Assembly: GCF_001194135.2 (NCBI RefSeq)
Contig: NC_068992.1
Span: 4,922,094 to 4,986,093, forward strand
Origin: Octopus bimaculoides
Lineage: Eukaryota
DNA: 64,000 nt
Direction of reading: 5' to 3'
The notes under the pieces were generated by a model. It ran no database searches. It worked only from the letters and a program-made list of their open reading frames with translations, and was not told the DNA's origin. Each line of letters opens with the position of its first letter. Positions within the stretch are counted from its first letter, which is position 1. Made by a program: the position numbers and the translations under genes. This document shows, one piece after another, positions 38,345 through 52,882 of this stretch.

Positions 38345-41300
38345 CATATATATGTGTGTGTATGTGTGTGTGTGTGTGTGTGTGTGCGTATGTGTGTATG
38401 TAAGTGTGCGTGTATAACGATCTGTATAAGTACCCGCGTGAGTCCTGTATGCGTAGAAGAAGACAGGAGGACTAGAAATAAGTTATATCGAAATGTAAAT
38501 CAAATTTATCGGCGTGCAACTTTGCTAAATAGGAAATGACAGGTGCCAATGAACAATTCATGAAACAAGGACGAATCTCTGCATCATTTGCTTGTGACAT
38601 GTTTCAGATTATAAAATGCTGCTTTACAATGTGTATATGAATATACGTATGTATGATTCTCAGTCCATGTGAAACTAAAATCAGATTTAGCTTCAATCTA
38701 ATTCAGGGAAAGTTGTCCTAAATATTACAAAATATAGCTCTTCTTTATCACGTATGCATGTGACAACTTTATTAAATTATCTGCTGGTTTTCTTTCGTCA
38801 TCGTTAATTAATGTTGTCATGTACATCACCCAATTCTAAATTCTGCATGTAAAAATAAATATGTTATATTGAGATAACATTTATTTTCAGAGATTGAGTT
38901 AAAATATCGCATGTAAAAGCACAGTGATTGTAGTAACTAAATGGACGTTTACAAAATAGAAGGTCCTTAGAGGAAACCTAGAAATATACGCGTTCACTAA
39001 TAGAACAAGGAATTCCGTAGTTTTCCTGACCAAAACAAACCTATCTCACAACGCATCAAGCAGATAAACTGCAACTATCCAAATGTTATAATTATACGAA
39101 TACACATAGTTCTAAATATATACGTGCGTGTATGTTTCTGAGTGTATGTGCATGTGTGTGTGTGTGTATGTGCAGGCTTGTATTTGTGAGTGTATCTTTG
39201 TTTATGTGAGATGATAGACGGATATTGTGGATTTTATGCAGGACTCCTCTGTATGAAAAATTTTCAATGCTGCGCATTATTTGCTCGAATTGTAAATCGT
39301 TTCATCTTTCTCTCTCTTTTTCTCTCTCTCACTTTCTCTCTCTCTTTTTCTCTCTCTCACTTTCTCTCTTTCTTTTTGACCCTCTCACTCAATTTATAGA
39401 TGGGGGTCCATGGTTGTCTCCATAGAAACTGTATTTTTCGATATAGGAGAAATTACAAGAAACCATTTTAAGGAAAACAGATAATGGGGAATATACAATT
39501 TGAAATTATGCTGCCATTTATGTATTTCTTTTTTGCATACGTAAAGTATCCTCCGCTATCATGGTACGTCTTTCGCATAATTTAGTGCATTGCGATGGTA
39601 GAATCCATGAAGGGCTTTATCAGGGAATTTTAACTGCTAATTTGATATCTTAGAAATGGAAAATATTCCAAACCACATCATTTTAACTTTTTAATTTATT
39701 TGTTTATTCAACCGCAAGGTGGAATCGATCTAAACATAGCCCAATCTAATCTTTTAATCCTACTGGTTAAAGGGAGAAATTAGCTGCAATAAATGTAGGT
39801 CACATTACCATTCATCACTTTTGGATTCTTAAGATCAATTTACCTTAATTCGTGCTTGTAGCTTTGCCGTCATTCGATGACTAATATTCTCACTACACCA
39901 AAGACCATCCCTATAATTATTGTTTTTACTGCTATTATATATCACTTTATTATTATTTTTAATAATTATTAATATGCGTAGATATTTCTTCATTACTGTT
40001 CATATAAACTAATTTAATTTTATGGATATCCAATTAATTGCTTAGCAATATTTTGCTCTATAATATTTATATTCAGCTATATTAAATTAAAATTTACATT
40101 TCTAACTAATCCTATACGCCAGTCTTATTCTCACGCACACACACATATACACATATACACGTGTGTATAGATGGGTGTATAGATGGGTGTATGTATATGT
40201 ATATGTGTATATACCTACATACATCTATACACACATATACATATATACACGCTTTGTCACTAACTCATTTGGCAACCAAATTTTAAAAAAAAACTCTTAA
40301 CAGTTATATACTGCTAACAGTGTATAGTTATATATATATATATATATATATATATGCGTTCATATGCATACTAATCTGCACATACTCACATACACACACA
40401 TAAATATATCATTCAAAAACTGTAGTGTTTGAATAATATTCTTAAGGGCGACATTTACATACGTGGAGTCTTTTCGGCGCTTTTTCACGGTCTCAGTTCG
40501 GAACCAATGTTAAAACTGATAATAGTGCTATACTAGTTACCCCCAGGTTATATTTTGGCATACAAATATTGAAATTTGGTTCAGTGGAAAATAAATTATG
40601 TTAAAATTTGTGAGGTCCAAAAGGAGGAGAGTAACGCGAAAGTTATACTCTGAATTAAAGTAACTTTCTTATTTTAAAAGCAAATCATATTTCCCTTAAG
40701 CTTAATGGATAGAACGAAACGAGAGGAATCTGAAAATGTCAATTTTATTGGAATAATCTTAAAAATAAACAAGCTGTGAAACCAAAAGTAATGCAGCTAA
40801 TAGACTTCGAATTGAAAAAGAAACAAATCATTCTGAAATGCAGAGCAATCTATATTTTATTTAAGCTCAAATTATGACTCAAAACAAGAGGAATCTAAAA
40901 ATGCGAATTTTATGCAATAAAATTTAGTAGGAAAAAGTAGATGGCGCTTAATCGATTGATTTTTTAAAAAATATTATATAAATTATATAAACTATTATAT
41001 ATGAAATATACACAGTTGTCTCCCTTGTATCAGAGTAACATTTTTGTCATTCTTTTCTCAAATTTGGCACGAGTGTTTACCTATTTATTAGTGAAACAGA
41101 TGTTAGTTTGTTTTTCAATAGACATACACGAGGATATAAACATATTCATTTTCTGCAAGGCGAATGAGTTGATGTGTTTCTAGTGTTTGCAGAAAATTCT
41201 CTAACTTTTATTCTATTATTATTTAGAGGTAAATGTCCGATACATCATGATCAAATTTGCTGCAATTTCGTGTAACAGAGGCAACCAAAATTAAGTGAGA

Positions 41301-42242
41301 GATTATCACAGACCCACCAGATCAAAAAGTGTAATCACTTGAGCACTAAATTTAATGTAAATATCACGGTCAGAAAGAACAGGAATGAACTTAATCTATT
41401 TTCCTGTCTCCCTGTGTAAAATGAACGTGTAGTTCTATTATTTTGTATATATGTGTTGTATGAGAGAATGATTCATTATGTATGCGTATATGTTTATGGT
41501 TATTACAATGAAAATGCATCGGAGTTTACTTTTTAAAAAATACAGCCAAAGGTTATTGACTTGAACTAAAAGAAATAATCACCTAATTATTTGCTTTTGC
41601 GGTTTCTCCGTCGTACTTTTGCGGTTTCTCTTGTTGTACTCTACGTGTTTCTTTAAAATATGGTCTAGTACATTTTTTATTTGATATTTTTAACCATTTC
41701 ATTCCATTTGTGAGTGTGGTTTTGTTTCTATCCATAGGTATGTGTGTGTGCATGCATGTGTGTGTGCATGCATGTGTGTGTGATGGTTGCGTGCGTGTGT
41801 GTTTGTTTTGTACTTAGTTATCTACTTATGTAGATTTTGAAAGAGATGATGACCCATTAATATTGTTATTGAAAATTAAATCGTAAAATCTCCCGTGGTT
41901 TGCATTATTTGTTGTGTTCTGTATAATCTTATTTTGTATATTCTAATATATAAAATGAATTAATACAGACATTATTTGTCTCTTCTTTTCATTATCTTTT
42001 AACTCGGCCTCACTATTTCCCTCTATGTATTAAAATTAAATTGATTTAGGTAAAGTCTTATTTATTTAGAGAGAACTTCCTATTCCAAGAAAAATATCTA
42101 ACTAATTTCCAGGCATGGTTTTATTTCGTTTTCCACCTTAGCTGATATTTAAAATTTCTTAAAATGTTTTTCGGCCGTACGGCATTGGGAGCATCCATGA
42201 ATATTAGCTGTGCCTGTGTATGTATATAAATATATATGCATG

Positions 42243-42275
<33 letters not shown>

Positions 42276-43683
42276 TTGCAGTTCGCTGTTTTATAAAACA
42301 AAATTATTTTCTCTTCGTTTTATTGTTCATTAATGTTGAATAATAATGAACTGTGTGTCAGCCTAAAGTACGAGGAACGAGCCGTAATCAATACGAGAAC
42401 AGTTTACTTGAGCCAATAAAGGTTACATAAGTAACATTACTGGTAAAAGCATTGCGAAATTGGCTTTGATTTATTGACATAATCTGATATTATTACTGAA
42501 TCTTTTGTACTTTAGGAAACTACAAGTTTATTTAGCCAGATTTCTTGTTAACTCAGATCATAATATCGTAGACCTTTTCAATAATTGTCGAAACTAGAGT
42601 AATATCCAATGCTTTGTATGAAGAATATGCTTTTACGAGCCACAGTCTGAAATTGGTTGCTTGTGAATGTTTCCATCACAATTTTATTACTTGCTCATCA
42701 CTAACAAACATTATTGTTTCTCGACAAATACTGATACTAAAAGAAGCTAACAACTATTTAATAGTATCTAGAATTACTGACCTTTTCACTAATATCGCAA
42801 ATTGAAGTGAGTCTTTGAGGAAATAGAGAAAAATACTATATATTGAAAGACCGATAAAAATTTAAACAGATTTCTACGGTTGCTAACAAGTTCAACTACA
42901 CTGCAACATTTATAACCTTCATAAATTTTCTTCTCTTCAGTAGATTTCTTAGTCTCAAATTAGATTTATCTTTTCGTAAAATATTATTGGTAAAATGTCT
43001 CCTAAAATGATATGCACTGAAATGAAAGCCATACTCAAATAAATTTCAATTGCTTAAGTTTGCAAAATATTCTCAACTGTGAGGTGGAAAATGAATGCTA
43101 TATTTGTCTCACCAATTCACATTATCTTTCATTCCGTTTCTCACCTACCTCTGTTCTTTGTATATTTTTGTATATATTTCCATCCATACATATCTCTATC
43201 TATTTATTTACCTATGTGTGGCTTTTATAATGCGTGTGTCTAGTTGTGGGAATGTGTGTTTGCATGCGCGTGATTGTTAACACGTGTGTATGTGGGAGTG
43301 TTTATGCGTGTGGGTGTTTGCGCATGTCGTCCATTTATGTGAGCTAGTGAACTTATGTATGTATGTGTATACTGTGGGCGTATGGTAACTAGTGCGCGTG
43401 CACTTGCTGATATAGTATATTTATAAATATATCAAAAACTCATTTGTACAAAAGCACAAATCTGGAGGAGCAAACTCCAAGATTTCGAGCAGTTGACATA
43501 ATAATGGAGGCGGCCGGTTTATGGGATAATCCTGTTTCTCATCCATAAAGGGTTTAGCCTTACGCCGTATCTTCAGACCTCAAACCTGCTGGTCTAAGAT
43601 CTCATGAAAATATGGTAAACAATAGGTGATTATCTCCCTTTACCAGTGACTATCAATTTCCGGCAAATACAATATGAGTCTTC

Positions 43684-44169
43684 AGTTGCTCCCATAAATT
43701 CCGAAATAAATTTAAGGATTTACGGAAGGTAACAGCTGGGAACAAAAAATGAACGTTGGAAACATACAAGGAAAACGAACGAAAACAAATATGAAGGGTC
43801 CTTAGACCAGGACGAGAGGAAAATATTGAACGGTGGAAGAAATATTTTCTTTGAAAAGAGAAAAGATAGAAGAGAGAGGAATACGTCCAGTCCTTTGAAC
43901 GTCCGTGCCGCCGACGACAGATGAAGGGTCTTTCTCTGTGATTACTTGCACTGTTTTCAATTTCTCTCCAGTTGTTTCGGTATTTAACTTGTTTGCTTTC
44001 GTATTTCATGTTGTTTATTCTCTCTCTCGCTGTCTTTTCCTCACGTCACTAAATTTCATTTCTTTTGTTTTCGTTCATTTTCCTTGTATGTCTCTACTGT
44101 TATATTCTTGTTCCCAAATTTGACCCTCAATAAATCCTAAATGTTATTTTGGAATTTATGGGAGCAACT
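43684..44169. mobile_element. MITE / foldback element with long imperfect TIRs
   Basis: agttgctcccataaattccgaaataaatttaaggattta at 43684 is the inverse of taaatcctaaatgttattttggaatttatgggagcaact ending at 44169; similarity continues inward for about 110 bp; no ORF. Exact termini and TSD are unclear. Confidence 0.75.
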
Positions 44170-44364
44170 TTCTTCGTAAACTTGTATTGTCGTTGAATGT
44201 TCGAAACGAGGAGTAGATAGACAACCCACAACTAATGCAGAGTCATTCACTGTATTTACTTGCCCGGTTTTCCATTTTGCCTCTCGTTGTTTGTGTATTT
44301 TACTCGTTTGTGTTCGTATTTCACACTGTTTACACAGTTGGTGACGCCCTGTACCCATATATGA

Positions 44365-44396
<32 letters not shown>

Positions 44397-45019
44397 TGTA
44401 GTCTCTTGGGTAAAAGGAATATGCAGCATCTATTATATACACAGGCAACAAGAACTCTACCTCAACGCGTTTATATTGATAGTCAAGGAAACATACTCTG
44501 TACTGTATTAATTCAAATCACAATAAAAAATTAATAATCATTTTGCTCTTTCATTCATACGTCAATTCAATAAAGTAATTCCTATTTTATTTAACTTTCT
44601 CTGTAGTTCAACGTTCAAATAATATTACTTTATTTATTACGTGGGATGTTTTAGAATGTTGGCATAAGTAACATCACAGTTAATACAACATAAAAGAACT
44701 GCAGGTGAAATAAATCTTCTATGGCAAGTCTAAACTGAATTCCAATTACACTTGATTCTATTGTGTTTGTATAGTTTACTAACATCAGCAAACATTTACT
44801 CATTATTTGTGAATATTACCACTGTATAGTAAGGAATAAGGAAAACAATTTCTTAGCGTTAAATGTATTAATTAAAGTCTTGAAAACAATATATTTTACT
44901 GTAATAATTAATGTCATGAATTTAATTCAATATAAATTCATTGTTACAAAAGCATAGAATATTCTTACACCCACCGATACCATATTAACACGCACAAAGA
45001 ACTCACACATATATGCATT

Positions 45020-45038
45020 ACATACATACGTACAAACA

Positions 45039-45072
<34 letters not shown>

Positions 45073-45128
45073 CATACATACGTACGTACAATCATACATA
45101 CATACATACATACATACATACGTACAAT

Positions 45129-45160
<32 letters not shown>

Positions 45161-45204
45161 CATACATACGTACGTACAATCATACATACATACATACACA
45201 CACG

Positions 45205-45238
<34 letters not shown>

Positions 45239-45260
45239 CACATATATACACCCCCACACA
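45020..45260. repeat. (CATA)n microsatellite with periodic CGTACAAT interruptions, then (CA)n
   Basis: Directly visible; three CGTACAAT interruptions. Confidence 0.9.
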
Positions 45261-45410
45261 TATTTCATGTATATATGTATAAGATGTGAGACTAAACTAT
45301 GACTGGTTGCGAAGATTATTAGCTATAGAAGTAGAGATACATTTAAAATAAATTTGTGGCCTACCCTTTTAAAATTACATATTTTGTCTCTAATTAGCTT
45401 ATCTTAATAT

Positions 45411-45505
<95 letters not shown>

Positions 45506-47284
45506 CTCATATACATATAACATAGCTTCCACCACTGATCCCTTGTGAACTTTGCAATAGACACCTCCATGCAAGAATCGGCCTCATTACTCATCAGAGG
45601 CATAAACACGGACAGAGTGGAATAAGCGTTTTAGAAGAAGCCAAATAAATTATCGGACACACGATAAAATGCCGACGACGACTATACAGAAGGAATGGTG
45701 TTGTCTCAAACTTTATTTAAAACAAATCTTTTGTTTGTTTGTGTTCTCACCAAATGATATATCTATAGAATGGAATTTCAAAGAAGAAGCTCAGAAATTT
45801 GGTGGATACTCCTTGATATATATTTGAACACATGTGGTTCGTAACAAGCCTTCATTCAGCATCAAATCACGTAGAGATAACTGTATTATATCAATATATT
45901 TTAGATTTGTTTTCTACTTTTCATGTTTTACATTAATTTTGAACAACTAAATTCAATCATATCATAAGCTACTTACACAAAGTTATATTACATAAACGTG
46001 TAATTATTAATAATCTCTCGAGACATAAAATTTGCATATTTATAGGTATAATCAATCATACAACCTCCGGTATTTGAAAGCTATTATTTGCGTTGAAGGT
46101 ATTAGCCTCAAAACGAATTCAATGACCGAAATATGTCACAAGGAATGAGAAAAGTGCACTTCTAACAGTTTACTTGTTGCTCGAAAATAGCAGGCAGTGA
46201 ACTTTGAGAAAATATCAAAACCCTCAATCAGAAACTTAATTTCGTTTGTCCATAATTACTGGATATTTATCTAAATGTATACATAATATTGTTCCTAATC
46301 CACGCTATAATTCCTATTTCTCATAAAGAAGAACAAAAATATTTAAAAAAAAATATGTGATAGAGGTCGAAATAATGAATAAATTTTAAAGTATTGAAAT
46401 AGAGAACGTGACTTACTTTACAATACATGTATGAGAAGCATATGTGTGATATTTTTTTGTACTTGTAAATATTTATTTAAAACAATATTTGAGATTAGCT
46501 TGCAGGCACATTTGTTATTCAATTTAATTTCCTGCCCGCTCAATATCCATTCATTGTATGTTCTTTTGACTGCTGCAACTGTTTTGATAGATTCGCGCCG
46601 ACAAACGTCACAACAGATATTTCTCAGGGCGTTAAACCTTTTTTTTCTTTTCTTAAAATATGATATCTCTATGAATTTATTAATGAATACTTGATCGATA
46701 ATTCCTTCCAACGTAATCAATTAAAAAACAAACAGCGCTTGAGACACATTGTGTTATCATTTCAAAACATAGAATTGGATTAACAGTGATAAGGCAAAAA
46801 TTGCTAAGAATACCATCCCAGAAAAAAAACAAATGAAATAAATGAATAAATAAATGAAGAAAATGAATCGAACGAAAAAGAAATATTCTACATTGATGAA
46901 AATTAATTTAAACATTCCTCACTTTGAAAACACAATGATTATTTCTGTGACAATATTCGGGCAAAGAAATTTGAAAATTTTCAAAAATATAAAACATTTG
47001 AAGTTTTGATATAAAGGAGAAAAATAATAATTTCGCTAGAAGACCAGAATTGTTTGGTTAGTTCATGAAAATATGTCATGGATTATATACATACATACAT
47101 ACACACACATTCACAGAGAAGAAACTCACACAGTGATAGACAGACTTTCATAATTATAAATATATATGCACACACACGCAAACGCATATGTACTTGTGTA
47201 TATATAAGCATACACACACACGCACATGCATACGTACACACACACACACACACACGCGCACACATATATATAAACTTCTTTCCA

Positions 47285-47718
47285 GTTATTTGGCACGGCC
47301 ATGCAGGGCTACCATCTTGAAATTTTAGTCAGCTGTTTCGACCATTGTACTAATTATTATTTTCTTTTTTTCAAATCTGATACTTAACTTATCGTACTTT
47401 TTTGTTGAACCGCTAAGTTACAGGGACGTAAACTCATCAATAGCAATTCTCAAGAAGTGATGTAGCGGGAGAAATATATACAGCAGGCCTCTTTCAGTTT
47501 CCTATTTCTTTATTGCACCCAGGGGGCTAAACATAGAGGGGACAAACAAGAACACACAAAGGGATCAAGTCGAGGATCCGTCAACCAAATCCACTCACAA
47601 GGCTTTGGTAGGACCGAGGTAATAGTGGAAAACACTTGCCCTAGTTTACATGTACTGGGACTGAACCGGGAACTATAAGGTTGGGAAGCAACCTTCTCAC
47701 CACAAAGCCACACCTGCG
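47285..47718 (-). mobile_element. SINE family 1, full length, with a nested 77-bp insertion
   Basis: 3' half at 47285-47470 and 5' half at 47481-47718; foreign insert at 47503-47579. Confidence 0.8.
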
Positions 47719-48019
47719 TTTATGTACCTATATAGTCAGATACATACATTTCTAATAAGCCGGGTGGATATTAGAAATACCCGTGAATGTTTTATTTATA
47801 TTTTACTACATCAGAGACGACGAAATATTGTCCTTTATACGATTGGCTCTACATACGCATCATTGAAATTATCCCAAAATATCAAAACGTCAGTGACATT
47901 TTCGTTGGCCGCTGATAGTTTGAATATTTTCCTGTCTCCGATATATGTATCTATTGTTTTTTAATATAGCCAATACATAAGATATGGTTTTTCAACACCA
48001 TCACGTCATCTTTTACACA

Positions 48020-48195
48020 CAGATAGCTTACAGGGACGCTGCCATGAGCAAAATACAAGTTTGCGAGTGATTTCCACAATTTGGGAATGGTCACTTGTCG
48101 TTTGAAGACCAAGATGACAGTCGACGTCCCGAATAAATAAAAACATCGAGAACTGATCGCGCTGAACCGTCAGCGAACAATTGACGAAATCATTA
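48020..48195 (+). mobile_element. Mariner transposase N-terminal fragment
   Basis: QIAYRDAAMSKIQVCE*FPQFGNGHLSFEDQ...HRELIALNRQRTIDEI, cf. AYGDAAMSRTQVFEWFxRF...LEDxxRSGRP...DRRxTIxE. Confidence 0.7.
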
Positions 48196-48345
48196 AAACC
48201 ATTTTCGAGCTGACTACTCACTGGTCATTTCCTCACGAAATGTTTCGTTCGTATCGCGGGCATTTTCAACTGATTTATGTCCTTTTTTTATGTTGAATAT
48301 TAAAGTTTCTCGAATATCTCGATTTGACAGTTCTATCTCAGATGA
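48180..48345 (-). mobile_element. Second mariner N-terminal fragment, convergent with the first
   Basis: IELSNRDIRETLIFNIKKGHKSVENARDTNETFREEMTSE*SARKWF**FR, cf. MExxKxxxRxxxLxxFxxGxxAxxxxxxIxxxxGxxxxSxxTxxxWFxxF. Confidence 0.7.
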
Positions 48346-51300
48346 TTGTAACAACAGTGAAGAAACCTTAGTCTTTTGGTTAGGAAAAATATTTATTTCA
48401 GACTCATTTGGCAATTGCAAGATATAGAGCAGGATATAGCCCTTATATTTGGGCTGGTATTTATTATAATCATCCACTGGTTCGTTCTTGTTCATCTGAC
48501 GTTCAACTTTATTTACAGATTGGGAGAATGTAGTAGACCGGCAAAATCCGTCCCTCAAATTGTTCTTAGTGGAATTTTCCTGGTTTTCTTTTCCAGACCT
48601 ATTGGTGATGTGCTGTGATAATATTTCTAAGAGTTACGCCTGATTCCTCAAAGCTAAAATAAGTGAGATTCAATTTACTGATTTCAACGTCTATTGTTTT
48701 CGACAGTATTAACTTTGTCCCAAAGTTTCTATTGATTTCGTTTGTTTGTTGCTTTTATCATCGATAGAGAGTAAAATAGATAAGTAAATAAAACTATATA
48801 CATGTATCTGTGTATGTATGTTCACTCTCTCATACACACTTACACACACACATATTTATAAGTTTGCTTATTCATATATTTGCGTGTCCATATTTTCATT
48901 AATAATATGCAGATGCCGTGCGTTTGAGACAACACAAATTGTTTACAAGCATTTAGTTGTAGAAGTTTTAATTGTTGTTTTAAATGTGATATGAACACCA
49001 CCAAGGAATACAATTAATACTATATCCAGCATCAGTAATTAACTTTATACGTATAAACAGAAATATAATATAATACAGTCATGCTTTTCATTATTCACTC
49101 AATGTTTCGATGCGTAATGTAGATTAATTAACGTTATAAGTTTTTCAATTTCGGAATATTCTATATTAATTTGTGTACTTATGATAAGAAAGGTATTGAA
49201 CTTTTTGGTGCCAAACAATTTCTCAAATTACCTAAATTCAATTTATCTAATTTAAGAAGTTAACATTCGAAGACTAAATTGCCTTCGAAGCTGAATAAGA
49301 AAACAAAATTAACAAATGGTCACCTGAAACGAAAGGGATCAACTTGGACACTTAATATTATTCCAGTATAAATTCTATGTCCTTTCAAGATTGCTTCCTT
49401 CTACAAAAAGAGCGTGCCTGCAGATGACAGTTACATGATGTTCACATTTAAACTATGAATACATGCAAATATGGACAAATATGCATCTTATAATGCACGA
49501 AATTTCAAGTATTACACCAAATTAGAACTTATATTTAAAAAAAATATTTTATGCGATATTTTATTTTCGAAGACATTTAATTGTTTAACATGTCGATTCC
49601 AAATGTTTGGATACCATCTGATCAGCTGTAGCAAGTGTTATACATCGTGTTTTTACTGACTGACATCTAGTATGTTTCGTGAATAGGTAGAGGCTGCCTG
49701 ACTCAGATCTTACAACACTATAAATGTGTGCTAAATCAGTTGCTCAATATTTCAAAGAAGACGTAATATGGTTCGATTTAGCAATAGGTTTTGATAAAAT
49801 CGACCATTAAATAATATGTCTTGGAAATAATTTCAAAGGTTTCTACAGACACTTTATAAGCTATTAGTCTCTGTTGACTGTGAATTTTGATTTTTTACTG
49901 TATTTGTATACACAACAGATACATGTAGCCGGTACCAAGATGCTGCTTGTTCCAACAGGATTAATTCAAACAGCTTAATGCTTTCATTGTTGTGCCTTAT
50001 ATACCTGAGATTCCAAATTCAATAAATTAAATGTAAATCAGAATTAATTTTGTACTTTATGTAGCGATATCTGCTCTCAGATTAAATAATAGTGTATTTT
50101 ATGAAATTCTCTCTATAATAATAACTCTAGTGAGATATGCTCCTTAGAAGCATCTTATGCAGATTGCAATACCGGGATTGTAGTTATAGTATGGAGCTAT
50201 TTCCAGAATATTAAGTATACCATTGAGGAAGATAAGAAGGCTGCAGAATTACGGGTGGAGTCCTTTTTACCACCGTTATAGCTGATTTATCTGGAGTTAC
50301 ACAATATTTGGAACGACAATAACAAAATCAAATATAACAAAATCTGTGGGTAGAAACCTGCCAACAATTTATAAAATACACTGGAAACAATATCGGCAAC
50401 AAATGAAACAATGATATCAACTCAATAAAATAAGAGACAACAGCAGCAGCGCAAACATCATAAATGCTAAAACCACGTGATAACGATACAAACAGCTTCA
50501 ATCAACATATCGAAACAACAGCAACTATGTAAACAACAGCATGGATAATTTATAGACAAGAGAAGCACGGAAGTATTACAATAGTAGAAGGAAATGTTTC
50601 CACGAAGAGAGTGTGACCTCGAGATGAGACCGTCAGGCATTTTGACGGAGAACAAGTTGCAATATATGAGCTATGAGTTTATATTTAATTGGTACCTTCA
50701 AAAAACAAAAACAAAACCAAACAATATTGCTGTCATACTGAAGTATTGCTCGCAGAATTTCTTATAGAAGTTAGTTCATCGTCTGCACACAATGCTTCCT
50801 ACAGCAGTTTGTCTCAAGGAATATTCGGGTTAAACACACCTACTCGCAATCGTGTTTAAATGTATGCTCTTCAGGTACACAAATTTATTTCAGTACAATC
50901 TGCTAACGTCACCATCGCATTGTTCACTAATACCGTTTTAAGCATCAACACGAAATGTTGGAATATTAATATATATGTAATGAATTGATGTATTTCGAAC
51001 ATTTACATAAGTAGTATTTTGTTAATGTTCTTCTTTACAACAGTAGTCTAATATTGTGCAGATATGTAGATATCATTAAAGGAAATGTTTATATCAGGAA
51101 AAATTGCGTAGGAAGATATAGCGTATAAGATATAAGAAATTTTCAGCTATATTCAATGACGCATTTAACTAAAGGATGTCATGAGCGAAATAATATCTCA
51201 TGTCCTTTTGTAATTTACACTTTCGTATTCTTACGATACTGAATATAGAACATTTGATCTTCAGACGACTCGTTTTGAAATAGCATTCTAATTCTCTGCA

Positions 51301-51424
51301 AAAATTTAGTATGGACGTCAGTTGAATTTATGTTTGATATTGTCATCAATATTGGTAGCATTGTTATAACTAGAAGTGGATGTAGCATACAGACAGACTG
51401 TTAGTAGATCTTTAGCATATGGTA

Positions 51425-52683
51425 TCAGGTCATCCCATAATTTCTGTCCGAAGTTTGAATAAAGACAAGTGATAACATTTTATATTTAATTCAAATTTAA
51501 TCATCAATGTACTTTCCTTGATTATCTATGACTTCCTTCCATCTATTTACAAGCTTTTTAGTACCATCAATGTATAACTCTTTTGGTTTCAAAGCGAAGA
51601 GCTCTAAAATGTCAGTTTCGAGCTCCTGCTGGCTTGTGAAAGTTACATCCCCTAAATGATTCTGTAAACTACGGAACAAATGGTAGTCTGAAGGAACAAG
51701 GTCAAGAGAATAAGGTGGATGAGGATTGTTTTCCCACCCAATCTCTTCGATCTTCTGTGAGGTGATCTTTTCAGTGTGGGGTCGTGCATTGTCCTGATGA
51801 AACATTGCTCGTTTTCGATTCAATAAAGTGGTTTCTTTTTTTCAAAGTTTGGTTCAAATGCTCTAATTGCTGACAGTAGACTTGAGCATTGATTGTTTAC
51901 ACCTTTTCAAACCCACCAGATCGAGAGAAGGAACTTTTTCCATGAAGTTCCCTTCTCAGTTGTGGTTGAGCTTTTTCCCTTTTACCAAACCACTGTTTAC
52001 GACGTTTAACATTTCGATAGAAGATGCATTTTTCGTCACCAATCACAAATCTATCCAAAAAGGGTGAAATGGGTTCGGAAGAATGGAGAGAAGAGCAGAT
52101 GCCAACTCGAGATTTATGGTTGCGTGTGGACAATTCATGAGACACCCATTTTCCAAGTTTAGGAACCTTTCCAAGTTGTTAAAGATGACGATGAACAGTT
52201 ATATTGTTTGAACGAACTAAGCTTTATTGCCAATTCTTCAACTGACAATGCAGGATTTTCTTCAAGTAATGCCCCAAGGAGCTTATCCTCAAACTCAACT
52301 TGATGTCCTGTTCGATCTTCATCTTCAAGGCTGAAATCTCCAATTCTGAATTTTGCAAAACATCTTCTGCAAGTTGTTTCATTCAAGCATTCGTTCCCAT
52401 AAACTGAGTGTATGTTTCTAGTCGCTTCTGCTGCAGAGTTTCCATATTTTTGTACTCATAAAACGTTATGTGCTTCAAATGCTCTTTGGATACTTCCATG
52501 TTAGAAAGGGTTTTAATCAAAGACATTCTAATTTTATTATTCTGTAAAATAATATTTAATTAGTTTAAATGTACACATACGCATAAAAATAATTTTTAAT
52601 TCCATTAGATATTCTAAAATACTATTAAATTTCATTCAATTTAAAAAATGATAAAATCGGACGGAACTTATGGGATGACCTGA
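51425..52683 (-). mobile_element. Near full-length mariner (DD34D) transposon, inactive
   Basis: 27-bp TIRs TCAGGTCATCCCATAA(T/G)TTC(T/C)GTCCGA at 51425-51451 and 52657-52683, both flanked by TA; internal broken transposase. Confidence 0.95.
51497..52499 (-). pseudogene. Mariner transposase pseudogene
   Basis: ATG at 52499 (MEVSKEHLKH...); WVSHEL, IGDEKCIFY, HQDNARPH and PPYSLDLVPSDYHLFRSL motifs. Split by frameshifts across three track ORFs, with a deletion after the IWW motif. Confidence 0.92.
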
Positions 52684-52839
52684 TAGATATCGCTTACTTC
52701 CAAATGCTACGAGTTCNNNNNNNNNNTGTGTGAGAGTGTGTGCGTGTGCGTGAGTTTTCGTGTCTGTGTGATATGTGTATCTCTCTATATGTTTATATTT
52801 CTCTGTATCTATCTATCTATTTACCCCCTCTCTCTCTCT

Positions 52840-52882
<43 letters not shown>

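Noticed and set aside
40442-40699. TTAA|GGG...CCC|TTAA, a Kolobok-like boundary
   Set aside because: The TIR match beyond GGG is poor and there is no second copy in the window.
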